Shown here one piece after another: positions 42,642-55,002 of a stretch of DNA of 64,000 bases. Each line of letters opens with the position of its first letter. The stretch's first letter is position 1. The notes under the pieces are model-generated. The model did no database searches. It was not told the origin of the DNA and saw only the letters and a program-made list of their open reading frames with translations. The DNA is taken from positions 75,826,001 through 75,890,000 of the forward strand of contig OZ024744.1 in NCBI GenBank assembly GCA_964016885.1, given 5' to 3'. Made by a program: the position numbers and the translations under genes. This DNA is from Eledone cirrhosa (Eukaryota).

Positions 42642-42897
42642 TTATAACAGAACACATGCACTGTTTGGTTTGGGTTGGTTTTCGTTTATGTACCTTTTAT
42701 ATCTCCATAGTTAATTTATCTGGCAATCAATGTTTATCATTGATTGACCAACGGTTAAAAATACAGATATATATATATATATATATAGTATATCAAAGTT
42801 CTTTCGTCACATACCTGCGACATCATCAGTGGTACTATTATGTTTCCTCCCGTTGTATTGTAAAGGCTACGACATTTTTATTTTATTTGTTTATTTT

Positions 42898-43527
42898 GGC
42901 AGGTGGATTGGCAGTATCGGTAGAGGGTCGGACGCCATGCTTTGACGCTTAGAGTTACGGCCCTTGCCAATTCTGAGTTCAAATCCCGCCGAGGTTAACT
43001 TTGCCTTTCATCCTTACGGGGTCGATAAAATAAAGTACCAGTAATGTACTGGATAATTGCTGGCCTTGTGCCAAAAGTAGAAACAATTATTATTATTATT
43101 TGGATTGTCAGAATCGGTAGAGCATCGGAAAACATGCTTTGCGGCATATAGTTACGTGCATTTATCTTCTGTGTTCAAATCCCGCTGAGGGCAAAATACT
43201 TTATAAAATTTAGTTACAGACTTTTACGTTATGTGGAGGCGTGTGGCCTAGCGGTGACGGTGTTAGTCTTACGATCATCATGTCACAGGTTCAATTCCTA
43301 GACTGGGTTGTGTGATGTGTTCTTGAGCAAAACAAGATTGGTGGATTGGCAGTATCGGTGAAGGGTCGGACACCATGCTTTCCAGCATAGAGTTATGGCC
43401 CTTTACGGTCTGAATTTAAATCCCGCCGAGGTTAATTTTGCCTTTCATCCTTACGGGAACCATAAAATAAAGTACCAGTAAGGCACTTGGATAATTGCTG
43501 GCCTTGTACCAAAAGTAAAAACAATTA
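42898..43527 (+). mobile_element. SINE cluster (A, partial A, B head, A)
   Basis: Core and box motifs; the second copy follows the (ATT)n tail of the first. Confidence 0.85.
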
Positions 43528-44289
43528 TTTCTTCTCCACGGAGATAATGACAGCGAATTGCCTAATCGATAATATTTGCATCAATTTCTTCGACTATCTA
43601 TCCTAAAGATTCCAGAGTAAAATGACTAAAATCCGACTAGTTTGTTGGCGATATTCGTTATAACTACTATGATTCAACGAGCCTGCGTCAATATGAGTCA
43701 ATAGAGTGAGAATAAAAATGTCTAGTTGAGCCCTCCTCCATCATACCGTAAATCACACTAGCTAGAGTTATTCTGTTTTGTTTTTATTTTTTGTACTGCA
43801 CACTATAATATCTTGTGACATTAAGTAAAACAGAAATGCAAAGGAAACAGAGGAGAAAACAAGTTCAATAAACAGTCATAAAATGTTTAAAAAATATGAA
43901 GTTATATAAGATTTTAAAAAATTTTATTATTTTTATTTATTATTTTATTTCATTTTATTTTTTTTATCTTTTTTTTATTTGTAAATATAAACTGAATTAA
44001 AATTCTAGCATCGTCGATCACTAAAATATTTACCATCACATTTTGGATGTTATCACTGTTATGTTACAGGAGAAAATAAAAAAAATACCTCTGCAAAACA
44101 ATTTTATGCAAAAGAAACTGAAAAGAAAAATCATGAAAAAAAGAATTTAAATGTTGGAAAAATTATCATAAAAACTATCTCATGTGCAGTGTTCTGCAAA
44201 CTAATTTTTGAAGACACCATGATGAATGGTAGGATGTATAAATATCTTGAATATTGATTTCTCTCTTAGTCATAAGTCGTGTATTATTT

Positions 44290-44377
44290 TTGTTGTTTTT
44301 GTTGTTGTTGTTGTTGTTGTTGTTGTTGCTGTTGTTATTTTTGTTGTTGTTACTTTTGTTGTTTTTGTTGTTTTTTT

Positions 44378-44424
<47 letters not shown>

Positions 44425-44776
44425 ATGTTGTTTTTGTCGTCGTTGTTGTCGTTGTTGATATAGTTGTTGATATAGGTGATGTCGTGGCTGTTGTTATCGT
44501 TGCTGAATTTGTCGTTGTCGTTGTCATTGATGTTGTTGTTGTTGTAGTTAATGTTGTTGTAGTTGTTGTTGATAAAGTTTTAGTTGTTGTTGTTGTTGTT
44601 GTTGTCATTATTGTTCTCGTCGTTGTTGTTGTTGTTTCAATTGCTGGTGTTGTTGTGGCTATTGTTGTTGTTGTCGTTGCTGTTGTTGATGTTGTTGTGT
44701 ACCAGTAATGCACTGGGTAATTGCTGGCTTTGTGCCAAAAGTAAAAACAATTATTATTATTAATATTATTATTATT
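44290..44776. repeat. (GTT)n-rich tract, then a SINE A 3' end (44700-44751, +) with an (ATT)n tail
   Basis: Directly visible; the tail abuts the Dong 3' end at 44777. Confidence 0.88.
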
Positions 44777-47700
44777 GTTCTTTGAGTGTCAGTCATTGGT
44801 GTTAGTTAACTGGAAAGTTTGTTGAAATGAATATCAAGCCACTACCTGCAACCTCAGATATTCAGGACGTATCGGAGGATTCTTGCTGTTCCCAGCAAGC
44901 ATGCCTTTTGAAGTGTCATAAAAAGCGGGGCTGGACTAATCTTCTTTAACCATCCGTGAGATAGTACCTAGTGCGCCTATGACAATCGGGACGACCTTGA
45001 CTTCATGGCAGTTCCAAATCCTTTTTACCTCCCACTTTAAGTATCGGTTAATTTTCTCCCTCTCCTTCTCTTACACTCTCGTGTCGAATGGGAAGGCCAC
45101 ATCCACAATCAGGCACGATCTTTTTTCTTTGTCCAAAACCACCAGGTCAGGTCTATTGTGTTCAGGTTTCTTGTCCGTCTGTATCCTAAAATCCCACAGC
45201 ACCTTCACCTGATCGTTTTCTATCACCAACTCTGGCTTATGCTCATACCACTTCTCAGAATGTGGTAAATTGTTTACTTTGCATAGGTGCCACTGGATCA
45301 CCCTGCCTATCACATCATGTCTCCAGCCTTTATAGTGAGTCTGAGCTAGGTGTTTACACTCGGATACAATGTGAGCCAGAGTCTCCTCTCTCTCTCCACA
45401 GATCCTGCACAGTGGGTTAGCCTCCTCCTTGTAAATATGGTTTTTCAGCCACTTCGTTTTGAGGGCCTGCTCTTGCGCAGCCATTAGCATTCTTTCTGTA
45501 GCCTTTTAAGGTCTCCTCTTCTCAACCAGTTCCATGTCTGTGGATCTCTGAATTCAGTTTTCTCAAAGAAGGTACTATGAAGGGATTTTTCATGAAGGCT
45601 GCTCTTTCTCCTCGTTGTTATTTCCTACTTGGAGATCTCCCTGGTCTATTGTCCTCTCCTTCAGTACAATTCTGAGCATTGGCTCCTTACTATCAGTCAC
45701 GTATTTGTGTAGGTTGTTTTTCTCCATATGAACACAGTCCTCTATCTCCTTAAGTAGAGTCTATCGACATCACTCCTCTTGTGGAACATGTTGTAGATAG
45801 TCAATAGGTTCCTAGTCTTCCTATCCATTTCTTTTTGTTCAGCAACATTCTATCTCAGAATTCCAGCACTGTACCTAATAATAGACACAGCTCGGGAATT
45901 TACTGCACTTATGGCATTCCTACTGTTCAGATGTGACTTTAATACACTGCTTACTCTAAAAATGTATTTAGATCTTATGAATTCCTTCATTTTTTTGTTC
46001 TTGATGTCATCAGCCTCCAGAACACCCAAATGCTTGTATCCTTCTTCAATGTCAATTTCCTTTATCATCTCACCTCTTGGTACCTGGATTCCGTTGCTTC
46101 TGCTCAATTTACCCCTCTTCATCACAAGGACTCCACACTTACTAATAACAAATTGCATACGTATATCATTGCTGAAAATACGGACAGTGTCAACAAGCAC
46201 ATCGAACTCCTTCTCACTCTTCCCGAAGAGCTTATGATCGTCCATGAAGAGGAGGTGGTTGATGGTAACCTCTCCCTTTCCCAACTTGTATCCTGCTCTC
46301 ACTTTTCGCAGTATAATGGTAAGGGGCATCAGGGCAAGGACAAACAACAAAGGGACAGACTATCTCCCTGAAAGATACCTCTCTTGATCTTCACGCCTCC
46401 CAAGTATTCTCCAGCTGATGTTAACTCTGTTTTCCAGGACTTCATACTTTTGCTCAACAACTGTCTGATGTTATCTGCCACATTGAAGACATCTAGGCTT
46501 TTGGTGATCCAAGAATGAGGCACCATGTCAAATGCCTTTTTGTAGTCTATCCATCCCATGGCAAGACCAGTGTGTCTCCTCTTGCAATTCCTCATTACCA
46601 TCTTATCAATAAGTAACTGGTCCTTTGTACCAAGGGACTTCTTTCGGCATCCTTTCTGTTCGTCCTGTAACAAGTTGTTTATGCGGAGGTGATGGTAGAT
46701 TTCCTCAGACACAATGCTTGTTAACAGTTTCCACATTACAGACAGACACGTGATAGGTCTATAGTTGGTAACATCATTACCCTTGGTTCGGTCTTTCATT
46801 ATCAGAACTGTGGTACCTTTTGTCAACCACTCTGGTACCTCACCTGACATCAAGCAGTCATTGAACATGGTTGTCAGTTTCGGGTGGAGGGATGTTATAT
46901 TTTTAATCCAATATCCTTGCTCCCCATCTGGGCCTGGTGACTTCCAGTTGGTTAGTTTTTTGGCCTGCCCTTTAACAGTTTCAACTGTGATACTCAAACC
47001 AGTTTGTTGGTGTGCTTGTTCACTAATCTCCTTTTGTACTGTCTCAATCCACACTGCGTGACTATTATGTTCAACATCCTGCTCCCATATTCCTCTCCAG
47101 AATGTCTCAGTCTGTACCGCCTCAGGGATCAAGTCGTTGCCTCTTTCTTTCCCTTCAAGCTGTCCAAACAACATCTTCTGGTTGTTGTCAAACATGCGGT
47201 TCTGTCTATACTGACTGACTCTGCCCTCATACCGCCTAATCTTTGCACTTTTTGCTACAATGCGTTTATTCAGTTCCTCTACGATAATATTTAACTTTTT
47301 CCCTCTAGTTTTGGACTTTATTTCTAATCTATTTTTAGTGTCTATGTTTTGTAATGTCCCATTCAGTAGGGACTCAAGCTTTCCAATGTGATTTGACCAT
47401 TCAGTCTTTTCTTCCACCAAGGTTCTGATCTTTCTTGTTTGTTGTTTCCTCTCGTTTTTATGCCAAGTAATTTCCTCACCGCATTTGCTGTTGCCTTGAG
47501 GATATTGTTGCATTGGTGAAAGTTCCTCGCCTCAGGGTATGGGATGACTTTGTTTACCTTAGCTGTTGTTTCTTTTAACTTGTTCCTGTCTACAAATCTT
47601 ATGTTCATAGGTTTTCCACTATCATTGTTCATTTCATCTACCACTAATTTCAGGATATCAACCAAATCTTGTCCTAGCCCATCAGCATTCATTTCCTCAA

Positions 47701-48588
47701 TGGCCGTATCTTTGTTCCAGATGTTATTAATTTCAGCATTCAGACCATTGTCGGCTTCGGATGCTTCCTCAGGTCTCTCAGCCTCTTCACCTACATTTCC
47801 CCCCTGGCTCGTTTGCCTGAAATACTCCACTCTCCATTTCCAACTTTATCTCTCTGCTCAGTTCCTCAAGTTCCAACTCGCTTATCCACCCATTAGTTCT
47901 TATTACCCGAGCCTGCCCAGCCAATTTTTGTTCATCTAATTTAAATAGACCAATCTCCTTCCAGATGTTATACATCCGTTTCCTATAGCCTTTTTCCTTG
48001 GGGTTACTCTTCAGGTAACATTCCATGACAGTTCTATTCAATTCTTTCGTCCAGTTGGTTCTTGTCTCTTTCCTTCTTCTTCTTCCTCCAACACCAGCAG
48101 TATTTGGATGACAGCCAGGCCCCTGCTGCCTGGCCAGGGAGCACTTGCTGGGTGAGAGTCTTTCACATGACGTTCCAGTCTCCTCTTCACCGTTATTCGA
48201 ACTGTTTAGGTTCGACATTTAAACACTCATATCGAGGATTGGTGAATGTATGGTTACATAACCACCGGTGATTTCATCACCTCACCCCCGGTGATTTTTG
48301 CGTGGTATCATCACGCTGTAGACGAACATAAATAAATAAACAAATAAATAGATAAAAACTTTAAAAAATAAACATAAGTTTCATAGTAATGTTTGAATGT
48401 CTGACTTAGGTTTTTTTTTTCCTTTTCGTTTTTCAAGGCCAGTAACATCGGTTACTAGTGTTGTTGTTGCTGCTGCTGTTGTTTTTTATGTGTTGGTAGT
48501 GGTGGTGGTGGTGGTGGTGGGGTTGTGGTGGTGGTGGTGGAATTATTTGGCTGTTGTTTTCTTCCATTTGTGACCATTTGTAACCATT
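44777..48588 (-). mobile_element. Dong/R4 family A, near full-length older degenerate copy
   Basis: Frameshifted ORFs 47787-48218, 47363-47830, 46329-47513, 45850-46350 and 45071-45490 are colinear with 48993-52418; FMDDHKL variant. Confidence 0.95.
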
Positions 48589-48918
48589 TTCTTTTTTTAC
48601 TATAAAATTTCTGATACAAAATTAAATATTAAATATTGGAGCCCTATGCCATAATGTTATGCGTTGTCGCTTCCTGAGAGTTAAGACTGGTATCTTATGT
48701 CCCATTTGTAATAAGAATTATTCTATCACAATTGTTTTAAATATGTAAAAAATGAAAAATTTACGGGAGCGATTCCATTACACTCTATCCATCATGTGCG
48801 TATTCTTATCCACCACTCTATCCAACATGTGCGTATTATAATAATTATAATAATAATAATATTAATAATAATAATAAAAATAATAATAATAATTATTATT
48901 ATTATTTTTATTATTATT

Positions 48919-51900
48919 CCTTGAATCTCAGTCATTGATGTTGGTTAACTGGAAAGTCCGTTGGATTGAATATCAAGCCACTACCTGCAGCCTCAGATAT
49001 TCAGGACGTATCGGAGGGTTCTTGCTGTTCCAAGCAAGCATGCCTTTTGAAGCGTTCCAAAAAGCGTGAAGGGGCCGATTTTCTTTAACCATCCCTGGAA
49101 ACTTTTGGAGATAGTCCCCAGTGCGCCTATGACAATCGGGATCACTTTGACTTCATGGCAGTTCCAAATCCTTTTCACCTCCCACTTTAGGTCCTGGTAT
49201 CGGTTAATTTTCTCCCTCTCCTTCTCTTGCACTCTCGTGTCGAACGGGCAGGCCACATCCACAATCAGGCACGATCTTTTTTCTTTGTCCACAACCACCA
49301 GGTCAGGTCTATTGTGTTCCAGTTTTTTGTCCGTCTGTATCCTAAAATCCCACAGCACCTTCATCTGATTGTTCTCCATCACCGCCTCTGGCCTATGCTC
49401 ATACCATTTCTCAGAATGTGGTAGATTGTTTACTTTGCACAGGTGCCAGTGGATCACCCTGCCCATCACATCGTGTCTCCAGCCCTTATAGTGGGTCTGG
49501 GCTAGGTGTTTACACTCGGACACAATGTGAGCCACAGTCTCCTCTCTCTCTCCACAGATCCTGCACAGTGGGCTGGCCTCCTCCTTGTAGATATGGTGCT
49601 TCAACCACTTCGTTTTGAGGGCCTGCTCCTGCGCAGCCATTAGCATTCCTTCTGTAGCCTTTTTGAGGTCTCCTCTTCTCAACCAGTTCCATGTCTGTGG
49701 ATCTCTAAATTCAGTTTTCTCAAAGAAGGTACTATGAAGGGGTTTTCCCTTAAGGCTGCTCTTCCTCCTTGATGTTATTTCCTCCCTGGACATCCCCTGG
49801 CCTACTGTCCCCTCCTTCAGTACAGCTCTGAGCATTGGCTCCTTACTATAGGTCACGTATTTGTATAGGTTGTTTTTCTCCATCTGAACACAGTCCTCTA
49901 TGCTGATAAGACCTCTTCCACCCTCAGATCTCCTTAGGTAGAGTCTATCGACATCACTCCTCTTGTGGAACATGTTGTAGATAGTCAATAGCTTCCTAGT
50001 CTTCCTATCCATTTCTTTCTGTTCAGCAACATTCCATCTCAGAATTCCCGCACTGTACCTAATAATAGACACAGCTCGGGAATTTACTGCGCTTATGGCA
50101 TTTCTGCTGTTCAGATGTGACTTCAATACGCTCCTTACTCTCCGAATGTATTCAGTTCTTAACAATTCCTTCATTTTTTTGTTCTTTATGCCATCAGCCT
50201 CCAGAACGCCCAAATACTTGTATCCTTCCTCAGAGTCAATTTCCTTTATCATCTCACCTGTTGGTATCTGGATCCCGTTACTTCTGCTCAACCTACCTCT
50301 CTTCATCACAATGACTCCACATTTACCAATACCAAACTGCATACATATATCACTGCTGAAAATACGGACAGTGTCAACAAGCACATCCAACTCCTTCTCA
50401 CTTTTCCCGAAGAGCTTAAGATCGTCCATGAAGAGGAGGTGATTGATGGTAAGCTCTCCCCTTCCCAACTTGTATCCTGCTCTCACTTTTCGCAGCATAA
50501 TGGTCAAGGGCATCAGGGCAAGGACAAACAACAGAGGGGACAGGCTATCTCCCTGGAAGATACCTCTCTTGATCTTCACGCTTCCCAAGGATACTCCAGT
50601 TGATGTCAACTCTGTCTCCCAGGACCCCATACTCCTGCCTAGCAACTGTCTGATGTTATCTGCCACCCTGAAGATCTCCAGGCTTTTGGTGATCCAGGAA
50701 TGAGGCACCATGTCAAATGCCTTTCTGTAGTCTATCCATCCCATGGCAAGATCAGTGTGTCTCCTCCTGCAATTCCCCATTACCATCCTATCAATAAGCA
50801 ACTGGTCCTTTGTACCACGTGACTTCTTTCGGCATCCTTTCTGTTCGTCCGGTAACAAGTTGTTTGTGTGGAGGTGATGGTAGATTTCCTCAGACACAAT
50901 GCTCGTCAACAGTTTCCACATTACGGGCAGACATGTGATAGGTCTATAGTTGGTAGCATCATTACCCTTGATTCGGTCTTTCATTATCAGAACTGTGGTA
51001 CCTTTTGTCAACCACTCTGGCACCTCACCCGACACCAAGCAGTCATTGAACATGGCCGTCAGCTTCGGGTGGAGGGATGTTAGATGTTTAATCCAATACC
51101 CCTGCACACCATCTGGGCCTGGTGATTTCCAGTTGGTTAGTTTTTTGGCTTGCCCCTTAAGAGTTTCAACTGTGATACTCAAATCAGTCTGTTGCTGTGC
51201 CTGCTCACCGATCTCCCTCTGTACTGTCTCAATCCACCCTGCCTGGGCATTGTGTCTAACATCCTGCTCCCATATTCCTCTCCAGAATGTTTTAGTTTGC
51301 TCCGCCCCAGTGATCAAGTCGTTGCCTCTTTCTTTGCCCTCAAGCTGTCCAAACAGCATCTTCTGGTTGTTGTCGAACATGCGGTTCTGTTTATACTGGC
51401 TGACTCTGTTCTCGTATCGCCTGATTTTTGCACTCTTTGCTACAATGCGTTGCTTCAATTCCTCTATGATAATATTTAGCTTTTTACTCCTAGTTTTGTA
51501 TTTTATTTCCAGTCTATTTTTAGTGCCTATGTTTTTTAGTGTCCCATTCAGTAGTGACTCAAGCTTTCCTATGTCATTTCTCATTTCCCCGATTTGCCCA
51601 CTCAGTCGCTTCTTCCACCACGGCTCTGCTCTTTCTTGTCTGTTGTTTCCTCTCGCTTTTATACCAAGTAGTTTCCTCACCGTATTTGCTGTTGCTCTGA
51701 GGATATTGTTGCACTGGTGAAGGCTCCTCGCCTCAAGGTATGGGATGACTTTGTTTACCTTAGCTGTTGTTTCTTTTAACTTTTTCCTGTCTACAAATCT
51801 TAGGTTCATAGGTCTCCCACTATCATTGTTCAATTCATCTACCACTAAATTTAGGATGTCAACCGAATCTTGTCCTAGCCCGTCAGCATTCATCTCCTCA

Positions 51901-53226
51901 GTGGCCGTATCTCTGTTCCAGGTATTATTTATCTCAGTACTCAGATCATTGTCTGCTTCGGGTGGTTCCTCCGTTCTCAGGACCTCCTCACCTTCATTTC
52001 CCACCGGCTCGCTTGTCTGGCATACTACACCCGCCATCTCCAAGCCATTCTCTCTGCTCAGTTCCTCCAGTTCCAGCTCGCTTATCCACCCATTAGTTCT
52101 TATTACCCGAGCCTGGCCGGCCTATTTTTGTTCATCTAATTTAAATAAACCAATCTCGTTCCAGATGTTATGCATCCGTCTCCTGTAGCCCCTCTCCTTG
52201 GGGTTACTTTTCAGGTAGCATTGCATAACAGTTCTATTCAATTCTTTCGTCCAGTTGGTTCTGGCCCCTTTCCTTCTTCTCCTTCCTCCAACATCAGCAG
52301 TATTTGGTTGACAGTCAGGTTCCTGCTGCTGAGCCAGGGGGCACCTGTTGGGTGAGAGTCTGTCACATGACGTTCTAGTCTCCATTTCACCGTTATTCGA
52401 ACTGTTTATGTTCGATATTTAAACACTCTTATCGAGGATTGGCGAATGTATGTTTACATAGCCATCTGTGGATCCGCCATCCCACTTGGCCCTTGTGTGG
52501 CATTATCACCACGCTGTATACGAACACACATAAACAAACAAACACACAGGCAGAAAGGGCCCCAGAAATGAATAAGCATAAGTTTCATTGTAATGTAGTG
52601 TTCGAATGTCTGACTTAGTTTTAGTTTTTTAAGTTTTACTTTTTCCCCCCTCTTCTCTGTCCGTCCGCCTGCTTCTCTCTTCATTCTTATTTTCTTTACG
52701 TTTTTGGGGTTTCTTTTTTTTGTTTTTGTTTTTCTCTGTTTGTTTTTCTCGTTTTTTGCTGTTGTTGCTGTGCTACTTTGGTTTTGTTGTTTGTTTTTTC
52801 TTTTTTCTTTTGGGTCTATCTATATATTTTGATGCCTTCCTCTTTGTTAGTAGTAGGAATTCTATAATGTGGAAGTAGCAGCCAGCAGGGAAGTGGGAGA
52901 CTGGCGGCGTTAACGATACTGAGACAGTGGTGGTGGTGATGTCGATACCGAGGCAGTGGTGGCGGTGATGTGACCGTATTACTGCAGTGATGGTGCTGTA
53001 GCGGAGTCAAGGGGTGGTGGCGGCGGTGATGGGATAGTGGTGGTAATGATGGCCGTAGTGAGCGGTGGCGGTGAAGGTGAAAATGTGTCGTTATCTGGCT
53101 GTTGTGTTTAGTGTACACAGATGATGGGGTGGGTGGTGTATCTAGTTTCTGGTGTTGGTGAGTTTAGCTGTCCTATATAGTGTAGCCAGAGGAGAGGAGG
53201 GGAGGGGTTCTTCTTCCATTTATAGC

Positions 53227-53229
<3 letters not shown>
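48919..53229 (-). mobile_element. Dong/R4 family A, full-length young copy between (ATT)n-rich tracts
   Basis: Flanked by 48835-48918 and 53228-53278 tracts; its 5' start aatgg..aaatggaagaa is shared with the older copy at ~48560-48588. Confidence 0.93.
48993..52385 (-). CDS. Dong/R4 RT-RLE polyprotein (~1130 aa) interrupted by one in-frame TAG at 52122-52124; 1016-aa ORF downstream
   Basis: ORFs 52122-52385 and 48993-52043 are in the same frame; the older copy has TTG (QKLAGQARV) at the stop. All RT, CCHC and PD..D endonuclease motifs are present. Confidence 0.9.
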
Positions 53230-53278
<49 letters not shown>

Positions 53279-54291
53279 TGCATTTATCTTGCTTTATGTT
53301 TATACGAGTTATCACCAAGTCACAACCAGTGACCTCAAGACACAACAAGGTCCGCCATGTTCAAGAAAGAACATACATATTCACACATGCATCCTTAGTG
53401 TTTAGACTTGTGATGTACTTATATTGACAGGATCTTCCTTAGTATATGGGCAGTTCCCATTAGTACTATCTTTTGTATTTCTCCTATACGCGGGTTTCCT
53501 GGGATTTGCGATAAGTAGTCGTTAGACCCCTTAGGTATCATTCCCAGAGCGCCTACAACCACTGGTATTGTTTTAGTTCTCAATTTCCACATTTTTCCAA
53601 TTTCTATCTCCAGGTCCTTATACTTGCTCAATTTTTCAAATGTTTTTATAGATACATTCTTGTCTATTGGAACAGACATATCAATTAGCAGGCATACCCT
53701 CCTTTGAAAGTCCTTCAATATTATATCAGGTCTATTTGCATCTATTTTTCGGTCTGTTTGGATGCTAAAGTTCCACGAAATTGAGATGTGATCTTTTTCA
53801 AGTATGGGAGGTGGTTGATGCTCCCACCAATTCTTTTGATGGGGCAGGTCAAAATGCTTACACATTATCCAATGCATGTATTGTGCAGCTCTGTCATGCC
53901 TGTTTAGGTATTCGGTTGGAGCTATAGGACTGCACATTGAAATTATATGGTCAATGGTCTCTGGTTGTTTTTTGCATACACGGCATAATGGGCTGCATCC
54001 ATTTTTTATTATGTTGGCTTGGTAATTTTTTGTTGGCAGACACTGATCTTGTGCCGAAGATGAAATTATGATCGAATGGATGAAAATGAACGAATCTGAC
54101 ATGGGGCAACGAGACACCCTCCCTAAGATCCAGAACTCCAAACAGAACCAAAAGATAATACACAAGACTAACATAATTCTCAAAAACATTATCATCACAA
54201 ACAAACTAAACATTACTGACTTAAATCATCTCTATTATGCATCGGCTAAAGTCACCACTCACTTATGTGGAGTGAAGATGAAAAAACAAAG
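53279..54291 (-). mobile_element. Dong/R4 family B copy: 3' part (53279-54057, minus) joined to an inverted N-terminal piece (54058-54291, plus)
   Basis: The 3' part nearly matches 34695-35478. The inverted piece reads RDTLPKI..ITDLNHLYYASAKVTTHLCGVK, like the pre-RT region of R4/Dong ORFs. Confidence 0.85.
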
Positions 54292-54316
54292 TATTATTAT
54301 TATTATTATTATTATT

Positions 54317-55002
<686 letters not shown>

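Noticed and set aside
49066-52188. Antisense ORFs within Dong and Tx1 copies (e.g. 50950-51720, 27856-28137)
   Set aside because: Shadow frames of the real ORFs; they recur only because the elements are repeated.
52420-52500. HDV-like ribozyme around TCCTCG in the Dong 5' leader
   Set aside because: The bases flanking TCCTCG cannot form P3 in either copy, and P1/P2 were not found by eye.
53419-54213. 264-aa ORF with a hydrophobic, signal-like N-terminus fused to an RLE domain
   Set aside because: The N-terminus is the antisense reading of the inverted Dong fragment, so it is a chance fusion.
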